Notes: generated by a model not told the origin, from the letters alone. A stretch of DNA of 64,000 nucleotides from a bacterium (GCA_027310625.1 DAIDAM010000003.1:67278-131277); one strand, 5' to 3'; counted from the stretch's first letter, positions 19,280 to 29,550 are shown. Numbers and translations are program-made.

Positions 19280-19963
19280 TTATTCGTGCGATTTTATTCT
19301 TTTAAACACTTCCCCTTTGTATATCCAGACCTTGATTCCTATCGTCCCGTAAGTCGTAAAAGCAGTGGCTTGGCCGTAATCAATGTCGGCGCGGAGATTT
19401 TGAAGAGGCAGGGCTCCTCTTTTGAGGGACTCTTCTCTTGCTATTTCGGCTCCGTTTAATCTTCCTGACAAAGTTATTTTGACGCCCTTCACTTCTTTAT
19501 TTTGCGCAACCTGCTCCAGATATTTTTTCATTGCTCTTCTGAAAGGAAAACGCTTTTCCAGATCCCAGGCGATTTGCTGGGCAACATAAGGGGCGGCAAT
19601 TTCGGATTTTTTCAACTCCTCCACATTAACACTCAGGCTAACACGGTTTTTAACTTTTCTTTCTTTTCTAATCGTTTCCTCAAGTTCCTTTGTAAAGTCC
19701 TCTATCCCTTTTCCGCCGCGCCCGATTATAAGGCCCGGCCTTGCGGCTTTTATCACGACTTTGAGATTGTTCGTTGTACGCTCTATTTCAATTGACGCAA
19801 TCCCCGCCAACCCGAATTTTTTTCTGATGAGTTTTCTTATAATCTCATCTTCGGCAAGATACTTCGCATACGAACGCCCCCCTTTGCCGTGCAAAAACCA
19901 GCGGACCGGCCAGTCCTTTATTATGCCTATGCGAAGCGATTGTGGATTTATTTTCTGTCCCAT
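19280..19963 (-). CDS. rpsC: 30S ribosomal protein S3; the upstream 22 codons of the ORF lie in a MITE and are probably not translated
   Basis: S3 KH/C-terminal domains; start MGQKINP. Confidence 0.92.
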   Translation of the reverse strand: MGQKINPQSLRIGIIKDWPVRWFLHGKGGRSYAKYLAEDEIIRKLIRKKFGLAGIASIEIERTTNNLKVVIKAARPGLIIGRGGKGIEDFTKELEETIRKERKVKNRVSLSVNVEELKKSEIAAPYVAQQIAWDLEKRFPFRRAMKKYLEQVAQNKEVKGVKITLSGRLNGAEIAREESLKRGALPLQNLRADIDYGQATAFTTYGTIGIKVWIYKGEVFKRIKSHE

Positions 19964-19984
19964 GCTAGTTTTTCTTAATGAACG

Positions 19985-20110
19985 AAGTGAATTTAGAAAC
20001 AACTTGCACCGAGCACATAAAATTATCAACTGAATGATAAAGCGGTTTTACCGCTCGGCTGCAATTCTTTGTTTTTGCTGATTTCATGTTTGTTATTTTA
20101 TGTGCTCGGT
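19985..20110. repeat. MITE-like element (~125 bp) with GCACCGAGCACATAAAAT terminal inverted repeats; ~90% identical to 21987-22125
   Basis: two near-identical copies with terminal inverted repeats. Confidence 0.7.
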
Positions 20111-20145
20111 TAAGAAATTGTAATTCGCCTTGCTCATAACAATTT

Positions 20146-20697
20146 CTAAACCGATTTCCTCCTGAAAATCCTCTTGAAGAATCCGGGCTGTTTGGTGACA
20201 ATGTGTTCCTGTTTTTCCGTTTCCAGCTGCTGCTTTTTCTCTTTCTTCGGCCTTTCCTGAAGTTCTTTTTTAACTTTCTTTTTTACTTCAATTTTGAAGC
20301 GTCCGGATTTCAGTCCCGGTTTCTCCGCGAGAACGAGCGTGACGTGGCTCATTTTTTTCTGTATCGGGGTAGCCATTCCTCTCGCACGGGGCAATATTCT
20401 CTTAAGCATCGGTCCTTTGTCAACGCGGATGTTCTCAATGTAAAGATTTTCGGCGTTCATTTTTTTGTTGCGCACCGCGCCGGCAACCGCCGAACGGAGA
20501 AGTTTCAGAATCGGTTTTGCGGCTCTACGTCCCTGAACAACGAGTTGCGCCTCGGCTTCGTTCACCGAAAGCCCTTTTATTATTCCTGCAATCGCTCTCG
20601 TCTTTCTCGGGGCAATGCGAAGATAGTTAAGCCGCGCGATTTCCTTTTTGGAAGAAACGGGCGCGTTCATTCTTTTGTCGGTTGCTGTTTCCTGCAT
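20146..20697 (-). CDS. rplV: 50S ribosomal protein L22 with a lysine-rich C-terminal extension
   Basis: L22 signature. Confidence 0.92.
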   Translation of the reverse strand: MQETATDKRMNAPVSSKKEIARLNYLRIAPRKTRAIAGIIKGLSVNEAEAQLVVQGRRAAKPILKLLRSAVAGAVRNKKMNAENLYIENIRVDKGPMLKRILPRARGMATPIQKKMSHVTLVLAEKPGLKSGRFKIEVKKKVKKELQERPKKEKKQQLETEKQEHIVTKQPGFFKRIFRRKSV

Positions 20698-20705
20698 GTT
20701 TTCTA

Positions 20706-21059
20706 TTATGCTGTTTTCTTTGTCTCCGCAGGCGCTGCCGGTTGAACAGCGGTTTCGGCTTTTTGCTCAAGCTCCCTTTGTATTCTCCCTCCGTGCTTCA
20801 CGAATTTCCTCGTGGGGGCGAACTCGCCGAGGCGGTATCCAACCATGTCTTCGCTGACTTTCACTTCCACAAAATTCTTTCCGTTGTGCACCGCAAACGT
20901 ATATCCGACCATTTCCGGAGAAATCTCCGAAGAGCGCGACCACGTTTTAATCGGCGTTCCCTCGCCGGGTTTCCCGCGCGATATCTTCTTCAATATGTCA
21001 GGCGCCACATAGGGCGGTTTTTTTGATGATCTGGACATCTCTTTTGCTTTTATCGGCAT
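20706..21059 (-). CDS. rpsS: 30S ribosomal protein S19
   Basis: S19 signature. Confidence 0.92.
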   Translation of the reverse strand: MPIKAKEMSRSSKKPPYVAPDILKKISRGKPGEGTPIKTWSRSSEISPEMVGYTFAVHNGKNFVEVKVSEDMVGYRLGEFAPTRKFVKHGGRIQRELEQKAETAVQPAAPAETKKTA

Positions 21060-21142
21060 AAATCAGCTATCATCCGCATCTATCAGCGTAGTTAAGGTTG
21101 AACGCTGATTTATGCTGATTCTGCCGATAGACGCTGATGTAT
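21060..21142. repeat. intergenic palindromic element, ATCAGC/GCTGAT family
   Basis: inverted ATCAGC…GCTGAT arms. Confidence 0.6.
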
Positions 21143-21967
21143 TTATTTTTTACGCCGCTGGATAATCATCTTATTCGACCACTTCTTTTTGTTCCTCGTT
21201 TTTCTGCCGCCGGTTATCTTCCCCCAAAGGGTTTTGGGACGGCGCGTGCCGCGCGGCTGTCTTCCCTCGCCTCCTCCGTAGGGGTGGTCAACGGGATTCA
21301 TCGCCGTGCCGCGGACCGTCGGTCTTATTCCGAGCCATCGCGAACGACCGGCTTTTCCGATAGTGGTCAGGTTGTGCTCCGGATTGGAAACCTGTCCGAG
21401 TGAAGCGTAACCTTCCCACTGCGCGCGCCTGATTTCTCCCGAAGAAAGTTTGAGGTCAGTGTAGCCGTTGGCGTTTGCCAAAATCTCGGCGTAGGAGCCG
21501 GCAGAACGCGCCAACTGCCCGCCGCGTCCGGGGTTGAGTTCAATGTTGTGCACCTGATATCCGACGGGAATATTTTTGAGTTTCATCCTGTTTCCCGCAT
21601 TGAGCGGAGCGGACTCGGCGGAAATTATTTCAGAACCAACTTTCAAACCGTCGGGCGCAAGAATGTAGCGGCGCTCGCCGTCGCCGTATTTCAAGAGGGC
21701 TATGAAGGCGGTTCTGTAAGGATCGTATTCTATGGTTTCAACTTTCGCGGGTTGATTGAATTTGTTCTGCAGAAAATCAACCATGCGGTAAAGTTTCTTG
21801 TGGCCGCCGGATTGATGCCGCACGGTTATTCTGCCGCTGTTCCCTCTGCCGGCATGCGCTTTAAGTTTTTTTGTCAGCGGCTTGTGCGGTTCAACTTTTG
21901 AAAGCGGCGAATAATCAGGGCGAACGGCGTGCCGTTTTGACGGAGTTGTGGGTGTGTATGTTTTCAT
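21143..21967 (-). CDS. rplB: 50S ribosomal protein L2
   Basis: L2 signature. Confidence 0.95.
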   Translation of the reverse strand: MKTYTPTTPSKRHAVRPDYSPLSKVEPHKPLTKKLKAHAGRGNSGRITVRHQSGGHKKLYRMVDFLQNKFNQPAKVETIEYDPYRTAFIALLKYGDGERRYILAPDGLKVGSEIISAESAPLNAGNRMKLKNIPVGYQVHNIELNPGRGGQLARSAGSYAEILANANGYTDLKLSSGEIRRAQWEGYASLGQVSNPEHNLTTIGKAGRSRWLGIRPTVRGTAMNPVDHPYGGGEGRQPRGTRRPKTLWGKITGGRKTRNKKKWSNKMIIQRRKK

Positions 21968-21986
21968 GCTAGTTTTTCTTAATGAG

Positions 21987-22125
21987 CGTATGCGAATTTA
22001 GAAACAACTTGCACCGAGCACATAAAATTACCGACTGAATGATGAAGTGGTTTTGCTGCTCGATTGCAATTTTCTGTTTTTGCTGATTTCATGATTGTTA
22101 TTTTATGTGCTCGGTAGATATTGCA
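21987..22125. repeat. MITE-like element, second near-identical copy of the GCACCGAGCACATAAAAT element
   Basis: ~90% identity to 19985-20110. Confidence 0.7.
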
Positions 22126-22141
22126 CATCTAAATTTTACGT

Positions 22142-22414
22142 TTAGGTAATATCTATCTTTTGCCCTTTTTTCAGCGTTACAACCGTTTTCTTGTAACCTT
22201 CTTTCGCGCCCGTCTTTCCGCGAAAAATTTTAGTCCTCGGCTTGTTTGTAATCGTTGCAACTTTCAAAACATCAACTCCATAAAGTTTCTTTATGTGTTT
22301 TTTTATTTCGTTTTTGGTCGCGTCCGGCTGGACAATAAAAACATATTTTCCCTCCTTGCTCAAGTCGGTTGCCTTCTCGGTGACATGCGGTTTTTTGATA
22401 ATAAATTTATTCAT
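22142..22414 (-). CDS. rplW: 50S ribosomal protein L23
   Basis: L23 signature. Confidence 0.92.
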   Translation of the reverse strand: MNKFIIKKPHVTEKATDLSKEGKYVFIVQPDATKNEIKKHIKKLYGVDVLKVATITNKPRTKIFRGKTGAKEGYKKTVVTLKKGQKIDIT

Positions 22415-22480
22415 CTCGAATACTTGTTCCCGAACGGCTTTCGCGAATATTCGCGAATCAATTCGAGATTAATTTGTGAT

Positions 22481-23128
22481 TTACTTTATTCTGTAATGTT
22501 TTTCTATTGTCGGTATAGCCTTTTGGTCAATGAAAACGTTTTTATGTCTCATTATTTCGTAAACATTGAGAGATTCAGGATTCAGAACTTCAGTTTTCTG
22601 AAGATTGGAAGAAGCTCTCGAAATTTTTTTGTTTCCCGAGTTTGGGACAAAAAGAACATCGTATTTTTTGGAATTCTTTTTCATCTCCGTAAGATTTCTC
22701 AAAAGTCCTGCAAGCACTTTTGTTTTCGGCGCTTCTATTTCAAGCGTGTCAAAAAATCTCATTTCTCCGTCCTTAAGTTTCTTTGAAAGAACGCTGAAGA
22801 GAGCTGTCCTTTTCATTTTTTTGTTTATTTTCTGCGAATAATTTCTCTCTTTTGTCGGCCCATGCGCCTTCCCGCCTCCTTTCCAAAGCGGAGAACGGAT
22901 GGAACCGTGCCGCGCGCGCCCGGTTCCTTTTTGTCTCCACGGCTTTCTCCCTCCGCCCCGAACTTCGCCGCGGCTCTTCGCGTGCGCCCAAGGTATCCTT
23001 TTGTTCGCAAGATAAGCATTGACCACCTGCGAAACGAGCGCTTCTCTCCAAGGCGCGCCGAAAACCGCGTCAGGCAAATCGATTTCTCCAACCTTCTCGT
23101 TTTTTAAATTAAATAATTCTTTTTTCAT
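22481..23128 (-). CDS. rplD: 50S ribosomal protein L4
   Basis: L4 signature. Confidence 0.93.
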   Translation of the reverse strand: MKKELFNLKNEKVGEIDLPDAVFGAPWREALVSQVVNAYLANKRIPWAHAKSRGEVRGGGRKPWRQKGTGRARHGSIRSPLWKGGGKAHGPTKERNYSQKINKKMKRTALFSVLSKKLKDGEMRFFDTLEIEAPKTKVLAGLLRNLTEMKKNSKKYDVLFVPNSGNKKISRASSNLQKTEVLNPESLNVYEIMRHKNVFIDQKAIPTIEKHYRIK

Positions 23129-23257
23129 CTAACTTTAAATTCTAAATACGAAATTCGAAATTCTAAACAATATCTAAATTCTAAATTTCAAACGGGTTTG
23201 TAATTTGTGATTTGTTGTTTAGGATTTGTTTCAAATTTAGTGCTTCGTGCTTCGGAT
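23129..23257. repeat. intergenic palindromic element, AAATTCTAAAT…ATTTAGAATTT family; also at 16634-16694 and 63113-63233
   Basis: inverted AAATTCTAAA/TTTAGAATTT arms. Confidence 0.6.
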
Positions 23258-23821
23258 TTATATTTTAGATATCTGTAAAAGTCCTCCGCGCGCGCCGGGA
23301 ACCGCGCCTTTAATCATCAAGATGTTTTTATCCGCGTCCACGCCGGCGATTTTCAGATTTTTTACAGTCACTCTCTCGCCACCCATGCGTCCCGCCATTT
23401 TTCTTCCCGGAAAAACTTTCTGCGGCGCCGTGGGACCGATTGAGCCCGGTGCGCGCCAGCGATTTTTCTGCCCGTGCGTTTTCGGTCCGCCGGCGAACCC
23501 GTGTCTCTTGACTACTCCCTGAAACCCTCGCCCCTTGGAAACACCGATTACCTTCACCATGTCGCCTTCTTTGAAAACCGAAATGTCAATGACATCGCCG
23601 ACTTTGAGGTTTTCCTTGTCACTGGTCACTGGTCGCTGGTCGCTCAATCGGAACTCGCGCCGTTTCTTCCCGTCAGTGATTTGAACTGCTTCATATCCGT
23701 CTTTTTCCTTTGTTCGTAGCAAAGCGACTTTATTTTTGGAAACTTCAACGAGCGTCACAGGAGTGACCTTGCCGTCTTTCCAAACCTGGCTCATGTTCAG
23801 TTTTCTGCCTAAAATAAACAT
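23258..23821 (-). CDS. rplC: 50S ribosomal protein L3, with an in-frame heptamer-repeat insertion (…SDQRPVTSDKE…)
   Basis: L3 signature; CTGGTCA/CTGGTCG tract at 23616-23650. Confidence 0.93.
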   Translation of the reverse strand: MFILGRKLNMSQVWKDGKVTPVTLVEVSKNKVALLRTKEKDGYEAVQITDGKKRREFRLSDQRPVTSDKENLKVGDVIDISVFKEGDMVKVIGVSKGRGFQGVVKRHGFAGGPKTHGQKNRWRAPGSIGPTAPQKVFPGRKMAGRMGGERVTVKNLKIAGVDADKNILMIKGAVPGARGGLLQISKI

Positions 23822-23900
23822 CTTTTTTATCGCTCGAATAAGCGAATATTACGAATTTACGAATTCGTATGTTCGTAAAAATTCGTAAATTCGCGCGATA
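23822..23900. repeat. intergenic palindromic element, ACGAATTT family
   Basis: cgaataagcgaatattacgaatttacgaattcgtatgttcgtaaaaattcgtaaattcg. Confidence 0.6.
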
Positions 23901-24163
23901 CCTAACAAAAACGCCGCCAAGGCATAGCCCCGCGGCCATATCCTTGTGGAATCCGCCCTGGGCGGACCATTAAAGAGACGGACAAAGTGTATATTAAACA
24001 AAGCAAGGTTGTCAACCAGGCAGTAGAAATGCGATTTGGATTAAAAAACTCAATCGCCGCAGGCGATTTTGGTCGCATTTTCGTTACCTGATCAATCGCA
24101 ACAAAAAAACCCGCGGTCAGGTTGACCCGGGTGGGCAGTAGGTCTGCCCGGTCCTTGCTGGAT

Positions 24164-24472
24164 TCAGCTGGCACGTTGCTGGCGAAGTTTCTCCGATGCT
24201 TCCATCAGCCCTTTCTTTATCTTTCGGCGCTCGGCGGCGACGCGGGCTTTCTCGCTAGCGATGTGGGCGAGAAGTCCGTCTATGGGCATACGCCACGCCC
24301 AAAGGTTATATTTTTCACGGAAAGCCGCTTCGATGGCGTCATGGTTCGCGACAATCTCCGACGCGTTTACAAGTCTCACCAAAACGTACAAAGCTAAATC
24401 TTCTCCGGGAGCATTCCCGATCGTCCTGACGACATCCACGATCGCCTCGTGGAAAGGCTTCGGTCCTGTCAT
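24164..24472 (-). CDS. hypothetical protein (102 aa) in a high-GC patch inserted between rpsJ and rplC
   Basis: ORF in ~58% GC segment; interrupts the conserved rpsJ-rplC adjacency. Confidence 0.45.
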   Translation of the reverse strand: MTGPKPFHEAIVDVVRTIGNAPGEDLALYVLVRLVNASEIVANHDAIEAAFREKYNLWAWRMPIDGLLAHIASEKARVAAERRKIKKGLMEASEKLRQQRAS

Positions 24473-24547
24473 GTTCTTTCTCCTATTCGGTTAGTAATTA
24501 GCACATAGAAATCCAAACACAAAATTGGACTACGTGCAATAGCAACC

Positions 24548-24573
24548 AAAAACCGCCTCGAGGCGGTTTTTGG
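24548..24573. terminator. bidirectional rho-independent terminator-like hairpin aaaaaccgcctcgaggcggttttt directly 3' of rpsJ
   Basis: perfect 8-bp GC stem flanked by A/T runs. Confidence 0.65.
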
Positions 24574-24575
24574 TT

Positions 24576-24905
24576 TCAAGCCATCTTAATTTCAACATCC
24601 ACCCCTGCCGGCAAATTCAGATTGGAAAGCGATTCGATTATTTTTTGACTGGGGTTGGTGATGTCTATCAGGCGTTTGTGGATGCGGAGTTCAAACTGTT
24701 CGCGGGAATCCTTGTCAACGAAAGTGGAGCGGTTGACGGTGTATCTTTTTATTTCCGTCGGCAAAGGAATCGGGCCGATGATTTTCGCGTCGTTTCTTTC
24801 CGCCGCCTCGATTATCTGCTTTGCGGAATTGTCTATAAGCTTGTGGTCGTACGCCTTCAAGCGCAGGCGCAGTTTTTGCGGCAGTTCGGTTTCCTTCTTG
24901 GCCAT
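24576..24905 (-). CDS. rpsJ: 30S ribosomal protein S10
   Basis: S10 signature. Confidence 0.93.
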   Translation of the reverse strand: MAKKETELPQKLRLRLKAYDHKLIDNSAKQIIEAAERNDAKIIGPIPLPTEIKRYTVNRSTFVDKDSREQFELRIHKRLIDITNPSQKIIESLSNLNLPAGVDVEIKMA

Positions 24906-25026
24906 ACCTTTTATTGATTCACACTAGATTTCTCACAATAAGTATCTACTAGTTTCTATTAGTATCAATTAGTTTCAGTGTGATACTTGTAGAAATTTGC
25001 TTCGCGATACTGATTGAAACTAATTG
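24906..25026. repeat. intergenic palindromic element, GTTTCTA…ATTAGTTTC/TTGCTTCGCGATACTGATTG family
   Basis: inverted repeats; shared core TTGCTTCGCGA. Confidence 0.6.
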
Positions 25027-26226
25027 TTACTTGATTATCTTGGTAACCACTCCGGCTCCCACCGTTTTGCCTCCTTCACGGATGGCGAACCTCTGCTTTT
25101 CTTCAAGAGCGACGGGTGAAATAAGTTTCACGCTGACGTTGACGGTGTCTCCCGGCATAACCATCTCCGTTCCCTGCGGCAAAGCGACGTCACCCGTAAC
25201 ATCCGTCGTTCTGATATAAAATTGCGGTTTGTAACCGGTGAAGAACGGCGTATGTCTTCCGCCTTCCTCCTTGGAAAGCACGTAGACCTCCGCTTCAAAG
25301 TCCGTGTGAGGAGTAACGCTCCCCGGTTTTGCGACAACCTGTCCCCTTTCAACGTCCTCTTTCTTAAGACCGCGGAGGAGAACTCCGATGTTGTCGCCAG
25401 CAAGACCCTCGTCAAGAATTTTATTGAACATTTCAATTCCGGTGACGACGGTTTTCTGCGTCGGCTTCAAGCCGATTATCTCAACTTCTTCGTTGACTTT
25501 CACTTTCCCGCGCTCCGCCCTGCCGGTAACAACCGTGCCGCGCCCTTCTATGGAGAAAACATCTTCAACGGGCATAAGAAAAGGTTTATCAAGCTCTCTC
25601 ACCGGCTCCGGAATGTAATCGTCGAGCGCTTTGACGAGGTCGAGAACCGGCTTGGCGTCCGGGTCGTCGGCTGATTTCACGTTGAGCGCTTTCAAAGCCG
25701 AGCCGCGGATGACCGGGGTGTTGTCGCCGTCAAAATTGTATTTCTTCAAAAGTTCGCGCACTTCCGACTCCACAAGGTCAATAAGTTCCTTGTCGTCCAC
25801 CATATCGCATTTGTTGAGAAACACGACGATTCTCGGAACGCCGACTTGGTATGCAAGAAGAATGTGCTCCCGCGTCTGGGGCATCGGGCCGTCGGTGGCG
25901 GCGACGACAAGAATCGCGCCGTCCATCTGCGCCGCGCCGGTAATCATGTTCTTGATGTAGTCCGCGTGACCGGGCGCGTCAATGTGCGCGTAGTGCCTTT
26001 TGTCCGATTCGTATTCCGAGTGGTGAAGAGCAATGGTTATGCCGCGCGCTTTTTCCTCCGGCGCGTTGTCAATCTGATCAACGCCTTCCTCCTTTTTCGC
26101 AAGCCCCTTCATGAAAAGGACGTGCGTCATCGCCGCGGTCAAAGTCGTCTTGCCGTGGTCAACGTGACCGATTGTTCCGACGTTTACGTGCGGCTTGCCT
26201 CTTACGAATTTTTCTTTTTCAGCCAT
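25027..26226 (-). CDS. tuf: elongation factor Tu
   Basis: [19 protein letters not shown] GTPase motifs. Confidence 0.97.
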   Translation of the reverse strand: MAEKEKFVRGKPHVNVGTIGHVDHGKTTLTAAMTHVLFMKGLAKKEEGVDQIDNAPEEKARGITIALHHSEYESDKRHYAHIDAPGHADYIKNMITGAAQMDGAILVVAATDGPMPQTREHILLAYQVGVPRIVVFLNKCDMVDDKELIDLVESEVRELLKKYNFDGDNTPVIRGSALKALNVKSADDPDAKPVLDLVKALDDYIPEPVRELDKPFLMPVEDVFSIEGRGTVVTGRAERGKVKVNEEVEIIGLKPTQKTVVTGIEMFNKILDEGLAGDNIGVLLRGLKKEDVERGQVVAKPGSVTPHTDFEAEVYVLSKEEGGRHTPFFTGYKPQFYIRTTDVTGDVALPQGTEMVMPGDTVNVSVKLISPVALEEKQRFAIREGGKTVGAGVVTKIIK

Positions 26227-26401
26227 TTTTTACTTACTAGACATTAGTCATCAGACATCAGTTAACAGAAGTTTTTGCAATTTTCCGTATTCCTGATTTC
26301 TGATTACTGATTACTGATTTCTGTTTATTTTTACGACCTGTTTTTAAACGGTTCGATAATTCTACTCCTGAACCATACTTTGTCAAGGAGATCTGTGGAT
26401 A
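26227..26401. repeat. intergenic element rich in CATCAG/CTGATT repeats
   Basis: acatcagacatcagttaacag … ctgatttctgattactgattactgatttctg. Confidence 0.55.
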
Positions 26402-28528
26402 TCACTTCTTTTTGCCCTCGATAATCAGCTGCGCCACGTTTTGCGGCGCTTGCTCATATCTATCAAACTCCATATTGAATGAACCCCTGCCCTGCGTCAG
26501 CGAGCGGAGCGAAGTCGCATAGCCGAACATTTCCGAAAGCGGAACTTTGGCGTCTATAATTTTCACGTTTGTCCTGTCGCCTATCGTTTCTATCTTTCCT
26601 CTCCTTGAGTTTATATCTCCCGTGACTTCGCCGAGGAAGTTTTGCGGAATTATCACTTGCACTTTCATTATCGGTTCGAGAATCACCGGTTTCGCGCGCT
26701 TCGCCGCCTCCTGAAAAGCGATTGAGCCGGCGATTTTGAAAGCCGCTTCCGAAGAGTCAACTTCGTGAAAAGAACCGTCGTAGAGGGCGACTTCCGCGTC
26801 AACCATCGGATAATGCGCAAGCACTCCTTTATCAAGCGCCTCTCTCACGCCTTTCTCAACGGCGGGAATGAACTCGTTCGGGATTATCCCTCCCCTTATT
26901 TCGTTCTCAAAAACGAATCCCTTTCCTCTTTCAAGCGGCTTCACGCGCAGCCATACGTGACCGTATTGCCCGCGTCCGCCCGATTGTCTGATGTATTTTC
27001 CTTCCGCCTCCGCTTCGCCGGTTATCGTTTCCTTGTAAGCGACCTGCGGACGCCCGACGTTCGCTTCCACGCTGAATTCTCTTTTCATTCTGTCAACGAT
27101 TATTTCAAGGTGAAGCTCGCCCATTCCGGAAATAATCGTTTCGCCGGTTTCGGGGTCGCCGGCAACGCGGAAAGTCGGGTCTTCGTCGGCGAGCCGGCGA
27201 AGCGCGATGCCCATTTTTTCCTGGTCGGCTTTCGTCTTCGGCTCAATTCTTATGCCGATGACCGGCTCGGGGAAAACAATCTTTTCAAGAACAACCGGGG
27301 AGTCGGGACTGCAAAGCGTGTCGCCGGTGCCGGTGTTTTTGAGACCGACTATCGCGGCTATCTCGCCCGCGTAAACCTCTTCCACTTCTTCCCGCTGGTT
27401 GGCGTGCATCCGCACAATTCTTCCGACGCGCTCCTGCTCGCCTTTCGTCGCGTTCAGAACGTAAGAACCGCGTTTCAGAACGCCCGCGTAATTTCTGAAA
27501 TAAGTCAAACTGCCCACGTAAGGGTCGTTGGCGATTTTGAAAGCAAGCGCCGTAAACGGTTCGGCGTCGTCGGGTTTTCTTGAAATTTCCTCTCCTGTTT
27601 TCGGATTACTTCCCTTAACCGGAGGCAAATCGAGCGGCGAAGGAAGATAATCAACGACCGCGTCCAGAACCAGCTGCACTCCTTTGTTTTTGAGCGCCGA
27701 GCCCGTGAACACCGGAACAATTTTGTTCGCTATCACGGCCTTTCGAAGCGCGCGCCGCAATTCATCGAGCGTGATTTCTTTTTCGGCGAGATATTTTTCC
27801 ATTACGGCATTGTCGGAGTCCGCAATCGCTTCGATAAGTTCGTGACGATACTTTTTAACATCCGCTTTCATCTCTTCGGGAACGGGGATTTCAACGATGC
27901 GTTCCCCTTTATCGCCGTGGAATTCAAAAGCTTTTTCCTGCAGTAAATCAACGACGCCGCGGAAAGTCGATTCAATTCCGAGCGGCAACTGCACGCGATA
28001 AGCGTGCGGCGTAAGGCGTTCCCTTATTGAGGCAAAGCTGCGTTCAAAGCTCGCGCCCATGCGGTCAAGCTTGTTGATGAAGCAAATTCGCGGAACATTG
28101 TATTCGTCGGCGTAGCGCCAGTTTGTCTCGGACTGCGGCTCGACGCCGGCGACGCCGTCAAAAACGACGACCGCGCCGTCAAGAACGCGGAGCGAGCGCT
28201 TGACCTCCACGGTGAAATCAATGTGTCCGGGAGTGTCAATGAGATTTATCCTGTGCTCGTATTCTTTCCTGGTGCCTGGTGCCTGGTTCCTGGTCACTGC
28301 ATAGGTCGGCGTCCAGAAGGCCGTCGTCGCCGCGGCCGTAATCGTTATGCCGCGCTCTCTTTCCTGCTCCATCCAGTCCATCACCGTGTCGCCCTCGTGA
28401 ACCTCGCCGATTTTATACGAAACGCCGGTGTAAAAAAGCACGCGCTCGGAAACGGTAGTTTTCCCAGCATCTATATGAGCAATAATTCCTATATTACGAG
28501 TTTTTTCGATCGGATAAGTTCGCGGCAT
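26402..28528 (-). CDS. fusA: elongation factor G, with a short in-frame heptamer-repeat insertion near the N-terminus ([12 protein letters not shown])
   Basis: EF-G GTPase and domains II-V; CTGGTGC x4 tract at 28268-28300. Confidence 0.96.
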   Translation of the reverse strand: MPRTYPIEKTRNIGIIAHIDAGKTTVSERVLFYTGVSYKIGEVHEGDTVMDWMEQERERGITITAAATTAFWTPTYAVTRNQAPGTRKEYEHRINLIDTPGHIDFTVEVKRSLRVLDGAVVVFDGVAGVEPQSETNWRYADEYNVPRICFINKLDRMGASFERSFASIRERLTPHAYRVQLPLGIESTFRGVVDLLQEKAFEFHGDKGERIVEIPVPEEMKADVKKYRHELIEAIADSDNAVMEKYLAEKEITLDELRRALRKAVIANKIVPVFTGSALKNKGVQLVLDAVVDYLPSPLDLPPVKGSNPKTGEEISRKPDDAEPFTALAFKIANDPYVGSLTYFRNYAGVLKRGSYVLNATKGEQERVGRIVRMHANQREEVEEVYAGEIAAIVGLKNTGTGDTLCSPDSPVVLEKIVFPEPVIGIRIEPKTKADQEKMGIALRRLADEDPTFRVAGDPETGETIISGMGELHLEIIVDRMKREFSVEANVGRPQVAYKETITGEAEAEGKYIRQSGGRGQYGHVWLRVKPLERGKGFVFENEIRGGIIPNEFIPAVEKGVREALDKGVLAHYPMVDAEVALYDGSFHEVDSSEAAFKIAGSIAFQEAAKRAKPVILEPIMKVQVIIPQNFLGEVTGDINSRRGKIETIGDRTNVKIIDAKVPLSEMFGYATSLRSLTQGRGSFNMEFDRYEQAPQNVAQLIIEGKKK

Positions 28529-29003
28529 TGATTTATCGCACGAATTTACGAATCTTTACGAACATACGAATTATTATTAACAATTCTCTTAAAAATAACA
28601 CCTTTAGACGTAAAATTTGCTAGGATGGCGAGTGGCAAATTGCTTGCTTTGAGATAGTTAAAAATCTGCTCCGCGTTATGACGAGAAAACGCCACACCCT
28701 TTTTAATCTCAATTATTACTTTTTCTTCAACTAAAAAATCGCATCTTTGTCTGCCAACTGCTTTACCATGAAACATAACGGGCAACAAAACTTCTCGCCT
28801 AAATTTTAATCCTGCATCCTCGAATGCTAATGCCACTGCGCGTTGATAATAATTTTCCGAGTAACCAGAGCCGAGTGCATTGCTGACATCGAATAGCGTT
28901 CCAACAATTTTGTAGCTCAGCTCGGGCTCAATAATGTCGCTCCTTCGCAACTTTCTCTCGCTCATAATGATTCGTAAGTTCGTAATATTCGCTTATTCGC
29001 GCG
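28529..29003. repeat. ACGAATTT-family palindromic element whose two arms (28529-28560 and 28966-29003) are separated by an inserted GxxExxY gene
   Basis: left arm atcgcacgaatttacgaatctttacgaacatacgaatt; right arm attcgtaagttcgtaatattcgcttattcgcgcgat. Confidence 0.6.
28546..28965 (-). CDS. GxxExxY family protein (PD-(D/E)xK-like; the family is associated with 23S rRNA intervening sequences)
   Basis: [21 protein letters not shown]…[13 protein letters not shown] motif pattern of the GxxExxY family. Confidence 0.75.
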   Translation of the reverse strand: MSERKLRRSDIIEPELSYKIVGTLFDVSNALGSGYSENYYQRAVALAFEDAGLKFRREVLLPVMFHGKAVGRQRCDFLVEEKVIIEIKKGVAFSRHNAEQIFNYLKASNLPLAILANFTSKGVIFKRIVNNNSYVRKDS

Positions 29004-29004
29004 A

Positions 29005-29472
29005 TCAGCGGGCAAAGTGCGCGAACGCCCTGTTGGCTTCCGCCTGCCGGTGCATATCCAGCTTCTTTTTCACCGCGTCTCCTTCATTTTTGGCGGCGGC
29101 AATTATTTCAGCGGCAAGTTTTTCATGCATCGGTTTTCCTTTTTTCGAGCGCGCGGCGTTGACAATCCAGCGCACACCGAGGATGAAACGGCGTTCGGGA
29201 CGCACCTCGCGCGGAATCTGGTAGTTCGCGCCTCCGACACGCTTTGAAAAAACTTCCAGCATCGGCGATGCGTTTGTAAGCGCCTGCTCAAAAACGCTGA
29301 CTGGCTCTTTTTTTGTTTCTTTTTTTATTTTCTCAAAAGCGCCGTAAACCGCCTTTCGCGCCGCGCTTCTCTTCCCTTCCCTCATCACATAATTTATCAG
29401 GCGCCCCACATCAACTCGCCCGTAAAGCGAATCCGGCTGATGATGTTTTTTGTAAACTCGTTTCTTTCTCAT
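29005..29472 (-). CDS. rpsG: 30S ribosomal protein S7
   Basis: S7 signature. Confidence 0.93.
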   Translation of the reverse strand: MRKKRVYKKHHQPDSLYGRVDVGRLINYVMREGKRSAARKAVYGAFEKIKKETKKEPVSVFEQALTNASPMLEVFSKRVGGANYQIPREVRPERRFILGVRWIVNAARSKKGKPMHEKLAAEIIAAAKNEGDAVKKKLDMHRQAEANRAFAHFAR

Positions 29473-29550
29473 TTAAGTATCGCACGAATTTACGAATTTT
29501 TACGAACATACGAATTCGTAAGTTCGTAATATTCGCTTATTCGAGCGATT
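29473..29550. repeat. intergenic palindromic element, ACGAATTT family
   Basis: cgcacgaatttacgaatttttacgaacatacgaattcgtaagttcgtaatattcgcttattcgagcg. Confidence 0.6.

Noticed and set aside
19965-20201. Small ORFs at 19965..20201 and 13468..13674, and the N-terminal extensions of the S3 (to 20029), S11 (to 63172) and yerC-like (to 30856) ORFs
   Set aside because: They lie entirely within MITE or palindromic elements. Their translations are low-complexity and repeat-encoded (e.g. LCYSITL from TTGTGCTATAGCACAA).
26765-27583. 272-aa plus-strand ORF
   Set aside because: Antisense to fusA (shadow ORF in a conserved gene).
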